Shown here: one piece after another, positions 25,200 to 38,307 of the stretch
How the letters are laid out: the number at the start of each line of letters is the position of its first letter
Position numbering within the stretch: position 1 is the first letter of the stretch
From: Lama guanicoe
Lineage: Eukaryota
Assembly (NCBI GenBank): GCA_013239625.1
Contig: MU054323.1
Location: 6,189,220-6,253,219, forward strand
Direction of reading: 5' to 3'
DNA: 64,000 nucleotides
Program-made: the position numbers and the translations under genes
The notes under the pieces: generated by a model
The model's input: the letters and a program-made list of their open reading frames with translations, nothing else
Told to the model about the DNA's origin: nothing
Databases searched by the model: none

Positions 25200-27950
25200 A
25201 AAGTGATTTTATCTTTCAGTATGCTTGATACTGTCAAATATACATGTAAAAGGGAAAAAAAATTCCAAATTGTATAGCAGAGTGTAAACTAAAATGACAA
25301 AGTTTATCCATTCCCCAGTCCTCCAAATTCCTTCCCTCAAGCCAAAGCAACGATTATTAACAGTTTTGGGGGGGGTATTCTTGGATAAAATTTCTACTTT
25401 CATATAAGCATAAGCAAATTTTAAAGCTTTTTTTCTTTTACACAAAGATCATACTTGATTGATTCACAACTTTTTTCACTAACATCTCCTTCATCTTTCT
25501 GTATCAAATTATGAAAATCTACTTCATTCTTGTTAATGACTCCATAGTTTTCCTTTGTATGTAAGGATATACTCTATTTTAACCAGTCCACCATAAAAGG
25601 GCATTTAGTTTGTTTCTTTTTGTCTTATTTTGTTTGGCAATTCTACACAATGCTGTGATAAATATCCTTGCATATTCAGCAGTGAATACTTAAAGCTAAC
25701 GTATCTCTATGAAATTTTTCTTAATGTAAAATCCCTGGGTCAAAATGTAACTGAAATTTTTAAAGATAGTTCCAAACTACACTCCAAAATCATTAAACAA
25801 ATTTACATTTCCACTAACTGAATATAAGTGCCCACATCTCCACTAGGTTTCTCAAGCTTTTTACTTTCACAAAGCTGATAGCTGTTTTAAAATAGCATCT
25901 TGTTACTTTAATCTGCACTTTTTTCACTTATGAGTAAATGAAACAAAGAATCTTTTCAATTTTTATTGGTTGCTTTTTCCTTTTTTCTCCCTATAAATGG
26001 TATGCTTCTGTTTTGCCAGTTCTTATATTAGTTTGTTTTTCTTTCTTCTTACTCATTTTAATGTATCTTTGTATATTTAGGAAACTTGTCCTTGACATGT
26101 GTTGCAAATACAAATTTTTACCAGGTTATGTTGATTAATTTTATTTAAAGGAAGTTTTTTTGCCAGGTGTAATTTAAAATTTTACAAAGTCAAATTTGTT
26201 CTTACCTTTATACTTTCTAGCTTTTGTTCACTGCTTTGAAATCACTTTATCATTCCCAGATAATATACTGACATTGTGAATTATTCTAACACTTTTATAG
26301 TTCCACTAACAAGTCAGAATTTATTTGGGGGCTACAGAAAGGGGTAGAAAATCCAATTCTGTTTTTTCTTCTTCCCCGCATAGTGCCAGCCAGTTTTCTA
26401 AGACCATTTGTTAAATAATCCACCTAATCTACGATATCAGATTTCATCATCATATATTCAACATCATATCATCAAATACTAAATTCTGTTTCCACCCAGG
26501 CCTAAGCATGAATTCTCTCTTTTGTTACTTTGTCTGTCTATCCTTGCACAGGTACAAATACTTTATTACCATAGTTCTATTACCTGTGTAAAAATCTGGA
26601 AGGGCTTCTTCTTTACACTTTTTCCTCTAGAATTCTCCTTGCTATGCTCTTATTTATGTTCTAGAGGAAACACAGAGGCTTTTTAAAACTGCCTCCTCTT
26701 AAATTTTGGGGACACTATAATTGATTGCACTTAATTGATACATTCACTTAGAAAAGAACTCACAGCTTTTCAATGTTGAGTCTTACCAGCCGTTAGTTGT
26801 GAAAGGAGCTGGAGCAACAGTGATAAACATGATGATAGCTGTCACCTGTTGAGTACTTATAGGCCAAGATTACTGATGAGCTTATTTTAATAATCACAAC
26901 AACCTTATGCAGTATCATTATCTTCACTTCATAAATGAGAAAATTTAAGCTCAAAGACGTTAAACAATTTGTCCAAGGCCACAACCAATAAGAAAGTAGC
27001 TGAGATTTTTAATCTTACAATTTGACTTCAGTCCACACTTTGAATTATAGTATAGTAATTAAAAACAAGGTGTGCCTTTCATTTATTCAACTGTCCTCTT
27101 CAGGTGACTTTTCGTTTTCTTCTTTTAGGCCCTGCAAATTGTTTAAGTTAATTCCTAGGTAAACTTAGTTGCTGTTTTAAATGGGACCTCTTCTTCCATT
27201 ATACAGTTCACCCTTGAACAAGGCAAGGGTTAATCCATGTACACTTTCTAGCCAGGCCCTCTGGATTTGTAGTTTCTCAGCATCCACAGATTCAACCAAC
27301 AACGGACCCTGTAGCATTTACTGTTGAAGAATATCCATGTACAGGTGAAGCAGTGCAGTTCAAACTCTCACTGCTCAAGGGTCAGCTGTATTTCTTACTT
27401 GTTATTGTTTATACAAAAGAAAACAATTGATTTTAAAACATTAAAGTGTCCATTTAACAGAATGCTCTTATTGGCCCTAATAGTCTTTCAGTTGATACTT
27501 CAAGTTTTCCAAATATACAATCATATTACAGGTAAATATTTATAACTTCCACGTGTTCATTCCAATATTTATGTCTCCACATCTAACTGAATCAGTTTTT
27601 CATGACTTCACAATGGTATATTATTCTTTTGATGTGCTACTACATTCCATCTGTTTAAGTGAGATTAGTCTACAGAACTGTATTCTCTTTGTATTCTGTT
27701 CAGGGGTTTATCATCACTCATTCTGTTGATTTCACATCTTTCTTTTTCTATGTTTTGGAACAGTTTAACGAGCATCAAAATGACCTTATCCTTTAAGATT
27801 AGAAGAATTCACCTGTTGGAACTATTTGGATTTAGTGCTTTCTGATACTCAATTTCTTCCTCCAAAGCTAGTATCTATTTAGATTCTCTCTCTTCTGAAG
27901 TCAACTTTGTTAATTTATATTTTCCTTGTAAATCACTTGGATTTATTTTA
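25200..27950 (-). mobile_element. Highly decayed L1 (L1ME-like) with MIR and MITE insertions
   Basis: T-rich sequence with L1 antisense phrases (caatttacatttccactaac, tgttgcaaata, ttaattcctagg). Comparable decayed L1 at about 1500-1910, 29940-30900, 32430-33060 and 56070-57120. Confidence 0.6.
27204..27388. mobile_element. Tigger-family MITE (MER8-like)
   Basis: TA|cagttcacccttgaaca ... tgctcaagggtcagctg|TA terminal inverted repeats with TA duplication. Confidence 0.85.
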
Positions 27951-29061
27951 AATGTTACTAAGTAATTCTCCTACTTGCATAAAAACTGCAATAATTTTGT
28001 CTCACTATAAAGGAAAAATATAAGAAAATATAAATCAATATTATTGTAAAACACTCACAGCCAGGATGAATTAAATATATAAAACTTGAAGCAAATTACT
28101 GGTATATAGCTTTTTAGTCAGGCCATGGGTTTTGTAAAAAAAAAAACTTTAAATAGGACTTTGTAAGTAGTAAAGTGCTCCAGAGAACTGTAAGTAAAAG
28201 AGAACTAAAATTGACACTACAAACTGTTTTCAAAAATCTGTTTACTACAAGATACAGAATGGTTTTCAATTAGTTTATGTATTAAAATATTTATGAACTA
28301 TAACTGAAAAACAAAAACAAAATTGTGTACAATGCTCTTAAGTGTTACTACTTCAGTCATCTAATTTCTACATTTAATGACCATGTACTATGTATGAGCT
28401 GAGCACTGTGTCAGGGACACAGAAATGGTGAAGACATGGTCCCTTGGTTCAAAAAACTTACTCCCCTAGCCCCTAGTTCCAACATGACACACTCAATAAA
28501 TTCACAGTTACATATTAAAACCTTAAGAAATATAAATAGCCTCATGAGAACTTTGCTTCACAAGCTAGCAAATATAAAGTAGTTGAAAATAAAATATCAA
28601 AAACACTTGATTACTGATACAAACATATATAATTTTAAAATTGCTATCACTTTTCTATATTAATTTTAAACCCTGGCATTCTCAAACTGAGTATCATTTC
28701 CCTTTCTATGATAAGGCTGTAAGTATAGACAGAAGTCTAGAGAGGCTTTGAAACCACAACTTTGAAAAAAGAGTTAGAAAAAGACAAAAAGGAACTCCCT
28801 TTCTATACTGTTTAATGAAACTTTAATACAAGAAACACGATTATTAAAATTTCAGAGAAGAATGAAGTATCATGGGAAAAATAATGAGCTTACATTAAAA
28901 TAAAAAATCAAAAGGATCCCCTGCCTTTATTAGAATGTTAATAATAACAAACAAAAAGTTATTATTCATATTACTGTTCTTTGAAAAACTTGTATCTATA
29001 AACATTACAGACATATAAACAATAAGAAAGTTGGAAGTACTCTGATACACTACAAACCTAC

Positions 29062-29248
29062 CTGTGCACATGATTCTTCAGGTGTTTTGGCACTAACTGA
29101 ATAAAGTGCTGGGAGATCAAGTCTGTGCACAGAGAATTTTTCTAGAGTGTGCAAAAGTGCTGGAGCAAGGTGAGAAGTTTGACCTGAGCCTCGTTCTCCA
29201 GACAGCAATAATCTTGGCCTGTAAGAGGTTGGCTGATGATATGGTGAC
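29062..29248 (-). CDS. ATAD2B: ATAD2B coding exon, window exon 7 (AAA2 degenerate Walker A)
   Basis: Acceptor tattatAG|G, donor CAG|GTAGGT; 187 nt. Encodes SPYHQPTSYRPRLLLSGERGSGQTSHLAPALLHTLEKFSVHRLDLPALYSVSAKTPEESCAQ. Confidence 0.96.
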
Positions 29249-30267
29249 CTATAATACACATAAAACATAATAATTATTTAAAAACCATACACTCTGATCA
29301 GCAGGCAGCACGTTAGTCTCATAAAAACCATACACTATAAAGATCAAAATATTTACATTAAAAGAATGTAACTCCAAATTAATAGAACTTTCTTACCTTA
29401 TTTTTTTAAGTACAGTGAATCATTTTTCATTAATTATGGTTTTAAAATATTGATCTCTGACAATATTAATAACCAAGACATAAAAGTATAAAAATCCATT
29501 CTAAAAGAAGATAAAAATACCTAGGTATTCATCCTATAACACCACAAATATTAACTTGGAAAATGCTTCAGACATTAAGTGTGATTTAGTTATTAATTAT
29601 CCAAGGACGAATGTTAAGAATCCCACTTCTCCAACAAAGAGGTAACATCTAAAACTTACTGTAAATATAGAATTTTTTTGTAACACAGTGGCTAAGATGG
29701 TAAATTTTATGTGTATTTTACCACAATTAGAAAAAAAAAAGTAGGGCTTTTTCAGTGGCAGCAATTTTGTTTCTGGGCTAATAAAAACCAGCAATTCTTA
29801 CCATAATATATGACATCAAAAGCCCTGCACCAGAGAAAGCAAATTTAGGGAAATACACTGACCCAAATTCAACTTATATTCTTAAGATTGTACAGCAACA
29901 TTAAAGTGAGAAATAAAAAAATTTATCTAATACCCCTACAGGTAATACAGGAAATTCTAAGCAATGCAATAAGAATAAAGCAAATTTTAAAAGTGGAATT
30001 AATGAAAAGAAATAGGGTAAACTTGTTACTTGTAAAGAATACAATTATGCACTAGAAAATCCAAGAGAATTAACTAATAACTGTCATAGTCTACAAGCAA
30101 AGTAACAAGACTGAAGATGGAAAAAGAAAAACCAAGAGACTTTCCTAAACACCACCAATAACAAATATAAAGGAAAGGAGATCCTATTCACAACTGCAAA
30201 AATACAAATGATAAACAATATTAAATAATCTTAGCAAAAAAAAAGTGAAAGTATACAGAATACATGA

Positions 30268-30332
30268 CAGTACCTCCTCTAAAAATAAATAAATAAACCT
30301 AATTATCTCCCCTCCCCAGAAAAAAAAAAAAA
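30268..30332 (+). mobile_element. 5'-truncated Vic-1-type SINE
   Basis: cagtacctcctctaaaaataaataaataaacctaattatctcccctcccc plus A-tail, near-identical to the 3' half of the SINE at 57255-57413. Confidence 0.75.
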
Positions 30333-30999
30333 TATATATATATAGATGTCAATTCTTCCAAGGCATTTATAGTTAGCTATAATTAACTATATATTTGTAG
30401 ACCTTTACCTTATATATTTAATAATCAAAATCCCAAAAACTTGGGGGAGGAGGTTAAAACTTATTTGCAACATTATCTAAAAAAAAAATCAAAAACATTT
30501 TGGAAAAGTGTGCTAGCTCCAATTTTAGAACATTTAAACCTATTGTAGTAACTAAGAACTTCATATGGATTCCTTGATTAATTTTCTTAACAATCCTATG
30601 AAATACATAGGTTTCCTCTTGCTAAATAAAGAAACCAAGTCCTATAGAGGTTAGGTATAAGACTGTACAACTGGGTGTCATATAACTGCAAAGCCCATTT
30701 CACAGAACAAAATGAATTCCAACACAAATAACTTCAGAAAAACAAAGGTTAATGTATTTTTAATTCATAAAAATCTAAAAGTTTTTTGTTACTCAAAAAT
30801 TACAATCTGAGCCAACTGGCAAACACCCAAACGAGACAAAGAATCTGCCATTAACAGGATTGGTTTTTAATGCTTAAGGAGCTTGTGTTCACAATGTTTT
30901 AACAAAAAAATACCTTCCTGTGCAAAGGACACAGACAATTAAAAAAGAAAACAGAAATAGGCAACATTTTGTAAAATATGTTCATTTATATCACAACTG

Positions 31000-31940
31000 T
31001 AGAATGCTTCCTATGCTAAATAGTCCAGGATATCCAACAATACCACTGTTATTATAGAGCACACAACTCAATGCATTTATTGGAAAAAGAAAAATACACA
31101 AATTACTATAATTCAGTATGATTAATAAGTATCACTCTTTAACTACAAGGTGCTATTAAGAGACTCATATAGATGGCTTCCCTGGAAAAGTGATGTGAAA
31201 GGACAAACCCAACAGACTGGAGGCACAAAAGATGAATTCCAAGAAATAAAAACAGCACATGCAAAGGACCAGAGGCTAAAAAAAGCCCTTGTCCCTTTTG
31301 GGTAGTGGATATAGTTCATTACAGCTAGCTTCTTCTATGGTTTTAGAGCAATGAGGGGTAAAGATGATGGGGTAGGGGAGGGGAAGGGGGAATGAGAATC
31401 AGATTGTGTAGGGCTATAAAGGGTATTGTGAGCCATGTTAAACACTGGAATGTACACTGGAGACAATAAGGAAGCTCTAAGATGCTTATGTAAGGGAAGT
31501 GACATAAGCATATACATGTTTCGGAGGGTAACTCTAGCTCCACATGTCAGTATAGGAAAGGGTTTTGAAAGAGGACAAAACAGTAGGAAAGATGACCAGT
31601 TTAGGGGTTTGTTATAATAATCAGGTATGAGATGTTAATGATAGGGTACACAAGAACAATGTCAAGAGGAGGTGAGAAGGGATAGCTTTAGATTATACTT
31701 ATTTAGTAAGGAAAATCAATAGGACTTGGTCACTGACTAGAAACAAAAGAAGAAAGAGGAAGGAGTTGAGAATGATGTCCAATTCTAGTTGGGACAATTG
31801 AATGGATGGGAGCTCACAGGACTCACAGAAAGAGAAGGAGAGACACAAGCCAGCATCTACTGAAAGATCTGTGATACAGCAAAGGGAGATAGGCACCTAG
31901 ATAGAGTTTAAAGCTCAAGAGTGAGCTAGGCTTGAGAAAG
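31000..31940 (-). mobile_element. L2 LINE remnant
   Basis: aacagcacatgcaaaggaccagagg, gaccagtttaggggtttgtt and aataggacttggtcactgac resemble antisense L2. L2 3' tails ending in (tgaa)n occur at about 32180-32410, 33900-34140 and 39530-39730. Confidence 0.6.
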
Positions 31941-33442
31941 ACTCGGTAGTTATTAATAAAGATGAAAAAATAATGAAAATATTGAGAAACATCTTATATC
32001 TGTTAAATTGATAAACTAAAAATTATGTCATTATTAGTGAGTAGATGGGAAAACTGGTATTCTAATGATTAGTGGGAATGGGAAAAAGTATAATTTCTGA
32101 AATAAAATTGGCAAATATGCCAAATATATACGAAAATGTATATCCAAGGACATCCTGCAATTCATCCCATTCCCAGAGACTTCCTTACTTCTTAGCATTC
32201 TCTACATTTTTTTCTATAGTACTTATCTTCTAACATTTCATCTAGCATGCTGATTGTTTTTTTCTCTGTCTTCATCTAAAATGTAAGCTGAGTAAAAGAA
32301 GGGATTTTAGTTCATTTTGGTCACTAACATATTCCTAGTACCTAGGACAACATCTGGCACATGATGGGCACTTTGACAAAATGTCTGTATGAATGAATGA
32401 ATATATGAAAGAACAAATGATTCAAACAAATAAGAAGATATTATTTTCATCTATCTAGTTGGTAAAGATTTAAAAAGACAAACAGTGCTCAGAATTGACA
32501 ACAGTATAGAAAAAATAACCCTCTCATTTTTTAGTGATGCAATGTAACTGGTACAATCTTTCTGGAAGGCAATTTAACCACCTCTATCAGGTTTTGAAAT
32601 GTGTATGTGCTTTGACACAGCAGTTTTTAAAATCTTACCTAAGCTCTCAATCAGAAAATGGTGTAAAGATATGTACTTAGAAAGATGTCTGTCACAGCAC
32701 TGTTTATAAAAGAGGAAAATTGGAAGCTTCCATTTTTATCAATATGGTTATATAAATTATGAAACATCCAAAAAAATGCTATTTTAAAAGAATGACATTA
32801 AACATATACTAACATGAAATAATATTCCCAACATGGGATGGGAAGCAAGTAACAACAACAACCTTATAGAAGGAAAGTTTTATATAAAATAATATGTGGG
32901 TCTGTCTATATCAATAGAGAATACAGACATGTGGTCCCCAAAATACTAACAAATATTGCCTTCAGGTGCTTGAGCTTTAAGATTTACTTTCTTTTTTATG
33001 CTCTTCTTTATTACTTGAATTTTCTACAGAGTATATCATCTTTCAAATCAGAAAAAACAAAGCGATTTTCATTTGGAAAACCTCAGAAAGCTCTGTTGCT
33101 AGTCCCCTTATGGTAATACACAGTAAGAAAGAAAACTTATTTCCCATCATAAGGATTCTCTATCAGACTGATAGACCTTAAATATCTAGACTTCCACTTC
33201 ATCTTAAATCTAAAGAAAAGGTTTCAACATTGTTTTAGGAAACTATTCCCCAAAACAGAAGCCCACCATCAGTGCACAAGCTAGTGTTACTGACACCAGC
33301 AATAAAGTTATGCTTCTACTTGTCAAGTATGCTAAAAACCACACGTTGTTAAAAAACAGAAACAAAAACAAAAAACCCAGCCAAACCAAACCAAATGTAT
33401 AACAAAAAACACGTGTAGCCCTTATTAAACGTCTACATTCTA

Positions 33443-33521
33443 ATAACTGAAAGACTGTGCTGTACACTGGAAATTGACACAATATTGTAAAATGACTATA
33501 ACTCAATAAAGAAAGTTTAAA
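33443..33521 (+). mobile_element. Very short L1 3' tail insertion
   Basis: tgtgctgtacactggaaattgacac...gtaaaatgactataactcaataaa, flanked by aaacgtctacattcta (33427-33442) and aaaagtttacattcta (33522-33537). Confidence 0.8.
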
Positions 33522-35516
33522 AAAAGTTTACATTCTAAAGTAAATGCTTCTTGGAAAGTATGAAAAATCATATTGCCCAACCTATTTTAAAAAACAATAT
33601 AATTTCCTATCTACCTATTAAGCTCAGAAATCAATCTGGAAACCATACAGTACAATAGAAAGAATGTGATCCCAGGAAACAAAGAGTACCAAGCCTGGCT
33701 CTTCGCCCTGCCAGGAGCACAATCATGGTCCATTTACTTAACTTCTTTATACTTCGGTTTCCTCATCTATAAAATGATGATACTACGAATGATTGTTGAG
33801 AGGCCTAATTGTATTATTATGTATAAAGTCCCAGCTTTATATACCTACCACATGCCTAGTTTGTAATGAGAAACAAATGCTAACTCCTATACCTTTATAC
33901 TCAAAACGAGAACACATGTCACCATTTCTTTTGTGAAGCATTTCCTGGGCTTCCCTATGAAAGCTTCTGAGTTCTGCTTTCATAACACTCCAGCCACAAC
34001 TTAATGTTTGTCAGCCCTCAATAACAAGAACTTCTCCAGAGTAAGAACTATATTATATCTTATTCATGCTTTCAGCACCTAACACAGTGCCTAGCATAGG
34101 GTAAACACATAAAAATCAGCAGAATGGATGGATAAAGAAAGAAATACAGTCATGGAATTTATCAAAACATCTATAACAAAAAAAGTTCATTCTAGGATAT
34201 AGCTCTCTCACTATTAAAGTCAAATCAACGAACCAGAAAAGCTTATGAAAAAGAAGTTAAAATTAAACCAATTCCTTCAGAAAGGCTAAACCAAAAAGTG
34301 AGCCATAGTACTGATACACATTAAATCAGTGACAGAACGTTAACATAAAATTGAAAAAAATCTGTCTTTTGATAGTTTCTTAGCTCCTGCTATATATATT
34401 TCAAATTCAAATAACTAAAATTGTCAAAACAAGTAACATACACAACACACAGGCGAGCCAGGTGAGAGTCAGGAAAAAAATGATTGGTTCTCCCTTGGCC
34501 ATCAACAAAACAGATCTGTGAAATTCCTGAAATAGTCTAAGAAAACTTCCTAGAGGGAATAAAAGAAAGGCTCTGGAATAGAAGAAAAAGTAACAGAAGA
34601 GCACACAACAGAACAAACCAAGAAAAAAAAGAGTAAAGTAATTTAGTCTCATTTGAAAAACTGAAAAACAAGAAAGGGTTATCAACGCAAATAACTAAAT
34701 TAACATTTCACCAAAATCTACATGGGGGAAACTTCAATTAAAGTTGAGAACTTAAATTTGTTCAAAATATGTCTAAAGAAAAATTACTTAAAAGTACACG
34801 CAATCCAGTATCTTCTAAAAAAAAGTGCTATTAGACCTACCTGACTGGAGCTTTATGGTTCTTTAACTATCATGCTAATTATGTAAATGCAAGTGATGAT
34901 GCTGATAGTATTTGAAAACTATTTGGTTTCTTAATTTAAAATTACATTAGCACTAAAATTGTTTACCCACTTAAGTGCACAGCAAAAGATGTTTTAACAT
35001 AAAGGTAAGTGTAAATAGAACCATACAATCTAAATTAGGAAAGTGTAAACTAAGGAGGCTTTGGAGAATCATAAAGTTATTTGTTTAATTACTGAGCAAT
35101 TTTTAATTCAAAATCTCTTTGTACCCTTAGAGTCCCTAAATTATCATGTGAAACTTATTAAAAATTAAAATATTCTAGATCATGATAAACATTTAATTTC
35201 TGTACATTTTAGTTCAAAGAAAAAGCAATAAAATTGGGGACATGGGTTGACTTTCTAAAAGGTACTCTTTCCTTCTATCCTGATTTAAAAAAAAAAAAAT
35301 CCCACAATCAGTTTTGGGAAAAATATCTTTAGTTGACAAATAACTCCATTTGTTACCACACAAAAACATATACACAGTAAAAGCTTTCCAGAATTGTCCA
35401 GTGAACAGAAAAACAAAGCCCTCAAGGTTAAAATCATAATTTAAAATATACTATAATTCTAACCATAAAGTAGTAAAAACCACTAAATTAAAAGAAATTT
35501 GATATAAATTGCTTAC

Positions 35517-35652
35517 ATTGTAAAATGAAGATAAGGTTTATGTACAGCAGCAGCTGATGACTGTTTCTTTGGTGATCCTGAGTGACAACTTGTCTCAAAA
35601 ATTGATAAAGCATTCTCATCTTCACTATCATCTAAAATTAGAGTTTCTATAT
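35517..35652 (-). CDS. ATAD2B: ATAD2B coding exon, window exon 6 (acidic/Ser-rich linker)
   Basis: Read by hand. Acceptor tttttgaacAG|AT, donor AAT|GTAAGC; 136 nt. Encodes (D)IETLILDDSEDENALSIFETSCHSGSPKKQSSAAAVHKPYLHFT(M). Supplies the phase 1 to phase 2 change needed between its neighbours. Confidence 0.93.
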
Positions 35653-37995
35653 CTGTTCAAAAAAAAATCATAAAGATTATGAGGCTTAAGAAGTCACTTA
35701 ATATTAGTGCCCTACCAAAGCTAAGGAAAATTGGTTTAAAAACCAAGTGACAATAACTAAGTTATCTAACAAATAATACAGATTGATCAGGCAAACTGAC
35801 AAATTACAGTATTTTGAATAATTTATAAATGGAACTAATGTAATTCTCTCACCTTTACAGACTACTTAAGTGTTACGAGATGCAATTTGGGAGACTGACT
35901 AACTACAAGAAGTCTGGAAAAGAAATGGCACTCTCGTAAAATACCATCTACTTACTAGTTATCTCTAAGGTAATTCTGACCAGAACCAATACATTTAATA
36001 TAAGATATTTGGTTTAATTAATAGAGCAATTGCATTATGGCCCAACTCTTACAAAAGCAACAAGGAACAAATTGATACTTATTTTTTCACATGTTCTATA
36101 CATACATTTCAAGGAATATCTAGTCTAGTTAAGAAGGGACTCAAGAATTCAATTAAAAACAAAGCCAATCTAAAAAAATGCACTCATTCAAGTAAGATTA
36201 AGTCTCTAGATGGGTCTTAAGTTATTGCTCAATGGAGTAACTAGAACTAAAATTCTTATTGAGTGCAAGTGCACCATACTTAAAAATTTACCTGGACTAC
36301 AACCTGAAGTATTAATAGCTGTACTTCACACATACCTAACAAAAGTGTCCATGCATTCATTCAACAAAAAGCAATGCTACATCTGTAGGAGAAATGTGAG
36401 GGCATTAAGATGAAGAGAAACCATATCCTTGCCCTCAAAAACCAAAGAAAAAGAGGCATACTTTCTAAAATAAGATATTGAATTGTGCTGGCAGACACAC
36501 ATTTCAGTGGCTTTTAAGAACTAAATATTTAATACAACTAATATTGTAAAAGTTAACCTGAAAAATAATTGAGTACCTTTTGAGTGATAATTTCATATAC
36601 AAGGAAAGGATATTTATCCAAAAAAAAAACTGAAGACAAAACAAACCAGAATAATATTTCTAAATATAGACATATTTTTAACTAAAAACAATTATTTATC
36701 ATCAAAGAAACTTTGGCTTCTCTTCTCCACAGTATACAAAGGGAAAAAATGAAACTAAAGAATACTTCATACTTATAAAAAAAAAAAGGTAAGAAAACAC
36801 AGATAATTATGCCACCAAAAATCTTCAAATGAAATAAAGGGAAGGTCAGATTGTCATGATTTTCCAAAGGTAACACAGTTTTTTAAAAAATAAAAAATTG
36901 GGGGGAAAGATACAAATCCTCAGTTATGAAAATCAGATAAGAAACATGCTATTCATGGCAAAGTAGCTGGACCACACATATTTGTTCTCCTCCCTACTTG
37001 ACAAATTTAAGAAATCAAGTAATCCATGTGATATTTCATGAGAATCTTCCCCAAAAAATAAAGTTTCTGAAAAATATACTTATGCCAGCAAAATTCACTG
37101 AATATTGATGATTTTTACTACATATAATAGTTTTAATGTTACCATAATTCACTAAACAATTTTCTGTTTGGTGCAGACTACATGACAAACAAGGTACTAG
37201 AAACTGGGAAAATTAAGGTAATTTTTTAAAATTACTGTCTCTTCAAAGTACATGGGCTTCATTCTAATTAGCATATGAACCTAAAGTTTCCTGTAAATGA
37301 GGAACATTTTTACAAGTAGGTTTCTGTTTTTATCTCAGATCCAAACTACAACCTTGAGTCCAGAATTCAAGACCTTCTGTAATGAGGTTCTAATTTACTC
37401 CCTTACTAATAGTTTACACTCCAGCACACAGCAGAGTGCGCTGCCAATAACAACAATTTGATGAGATGAATCCAGAGGAGCATTATAGCAACATAGTTAA
37501 GAGCATTAGCTCTGGAATCAGGCATCCTGGGTTTGAGCAAGCCCTAGAACTTACTAAGTGACCCTATGTGAGTGAATACCTTCCTCTTTTATAGAATAAG
37601 AGTACCCATCCCACAGGACTGTTATGCAGATTAATAAATGACAATTTATGTAAGGGCTTTATAATAATTAAATAAATGTAAGCCATTATTATTATAGTCA
37701 ACTTTTCTAAAGACAGTAACACTCCTACAACAAGATAGTCAGAATGGCCCAAGAGTGAGCAAACAGAACAAATATCCATTCACTGTTTTCAGAGACACTG
37801 ACTAGCCAACTACTGTATGCCAGGTGATATGCTAGGCCTATAATATACAGTGGTGAATGAAACAGATTCATTTTCTATATTCATGGCAAATATAAAAGAG
37901 TAACACATAAATAACTTTATAAGGAAACTCAGAATTTTTTTATTTATGCATGTATTTGTTTCATTTTAAAAGTATGAAAAAGTAATTTATACTAC

Positions 37996-38307
37996 CTTCT
38001 TTCTTGTCACTCTGGCTAATTTCAGCATGAGGAAACACTTTCTGCAAGACTGCCAGGATGCTGTTGAAACTTCTTTCCAGCAGTGGCCTTATGATGGGGG
38101 ATAGTGCATGTCCCGAAGACATGACAGCACGCTGGGAAGCAGGCACAATATTCTGCATTGCGTGGTAAAAATCCTGGGCATTGAGCACTATTGAGGAAAC
38201 ATCCAGCTGCAGTTTATGACTGCTAGCATAGATCTGGGGGTAACGCCTCCGCAGGGCAATCAGGGCAGCTTCAGTGCACAGGGCCTTGATGTCAGCTCCG
38301 CAATAGC
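37996..38307 (-). CDS. ATAD2B: ATAD2B coding exon, window exon 5
   Basis: Acceptor gtgcatTAG|GC, donor AAG|GTAGTA; 312 nt, phase 1-1. Encodes (G)YCGADIKALCTEAALIALRRRYPQIY...VFPHAEISQSDKKE. Confidence 0.96.

Noticed and set aside
34440..34620. Cluster of AG acceptors with pyrimidine tracts on the minus strand
   Set aside because: No matching donor found, and exons 6 and 7 already join in frame.
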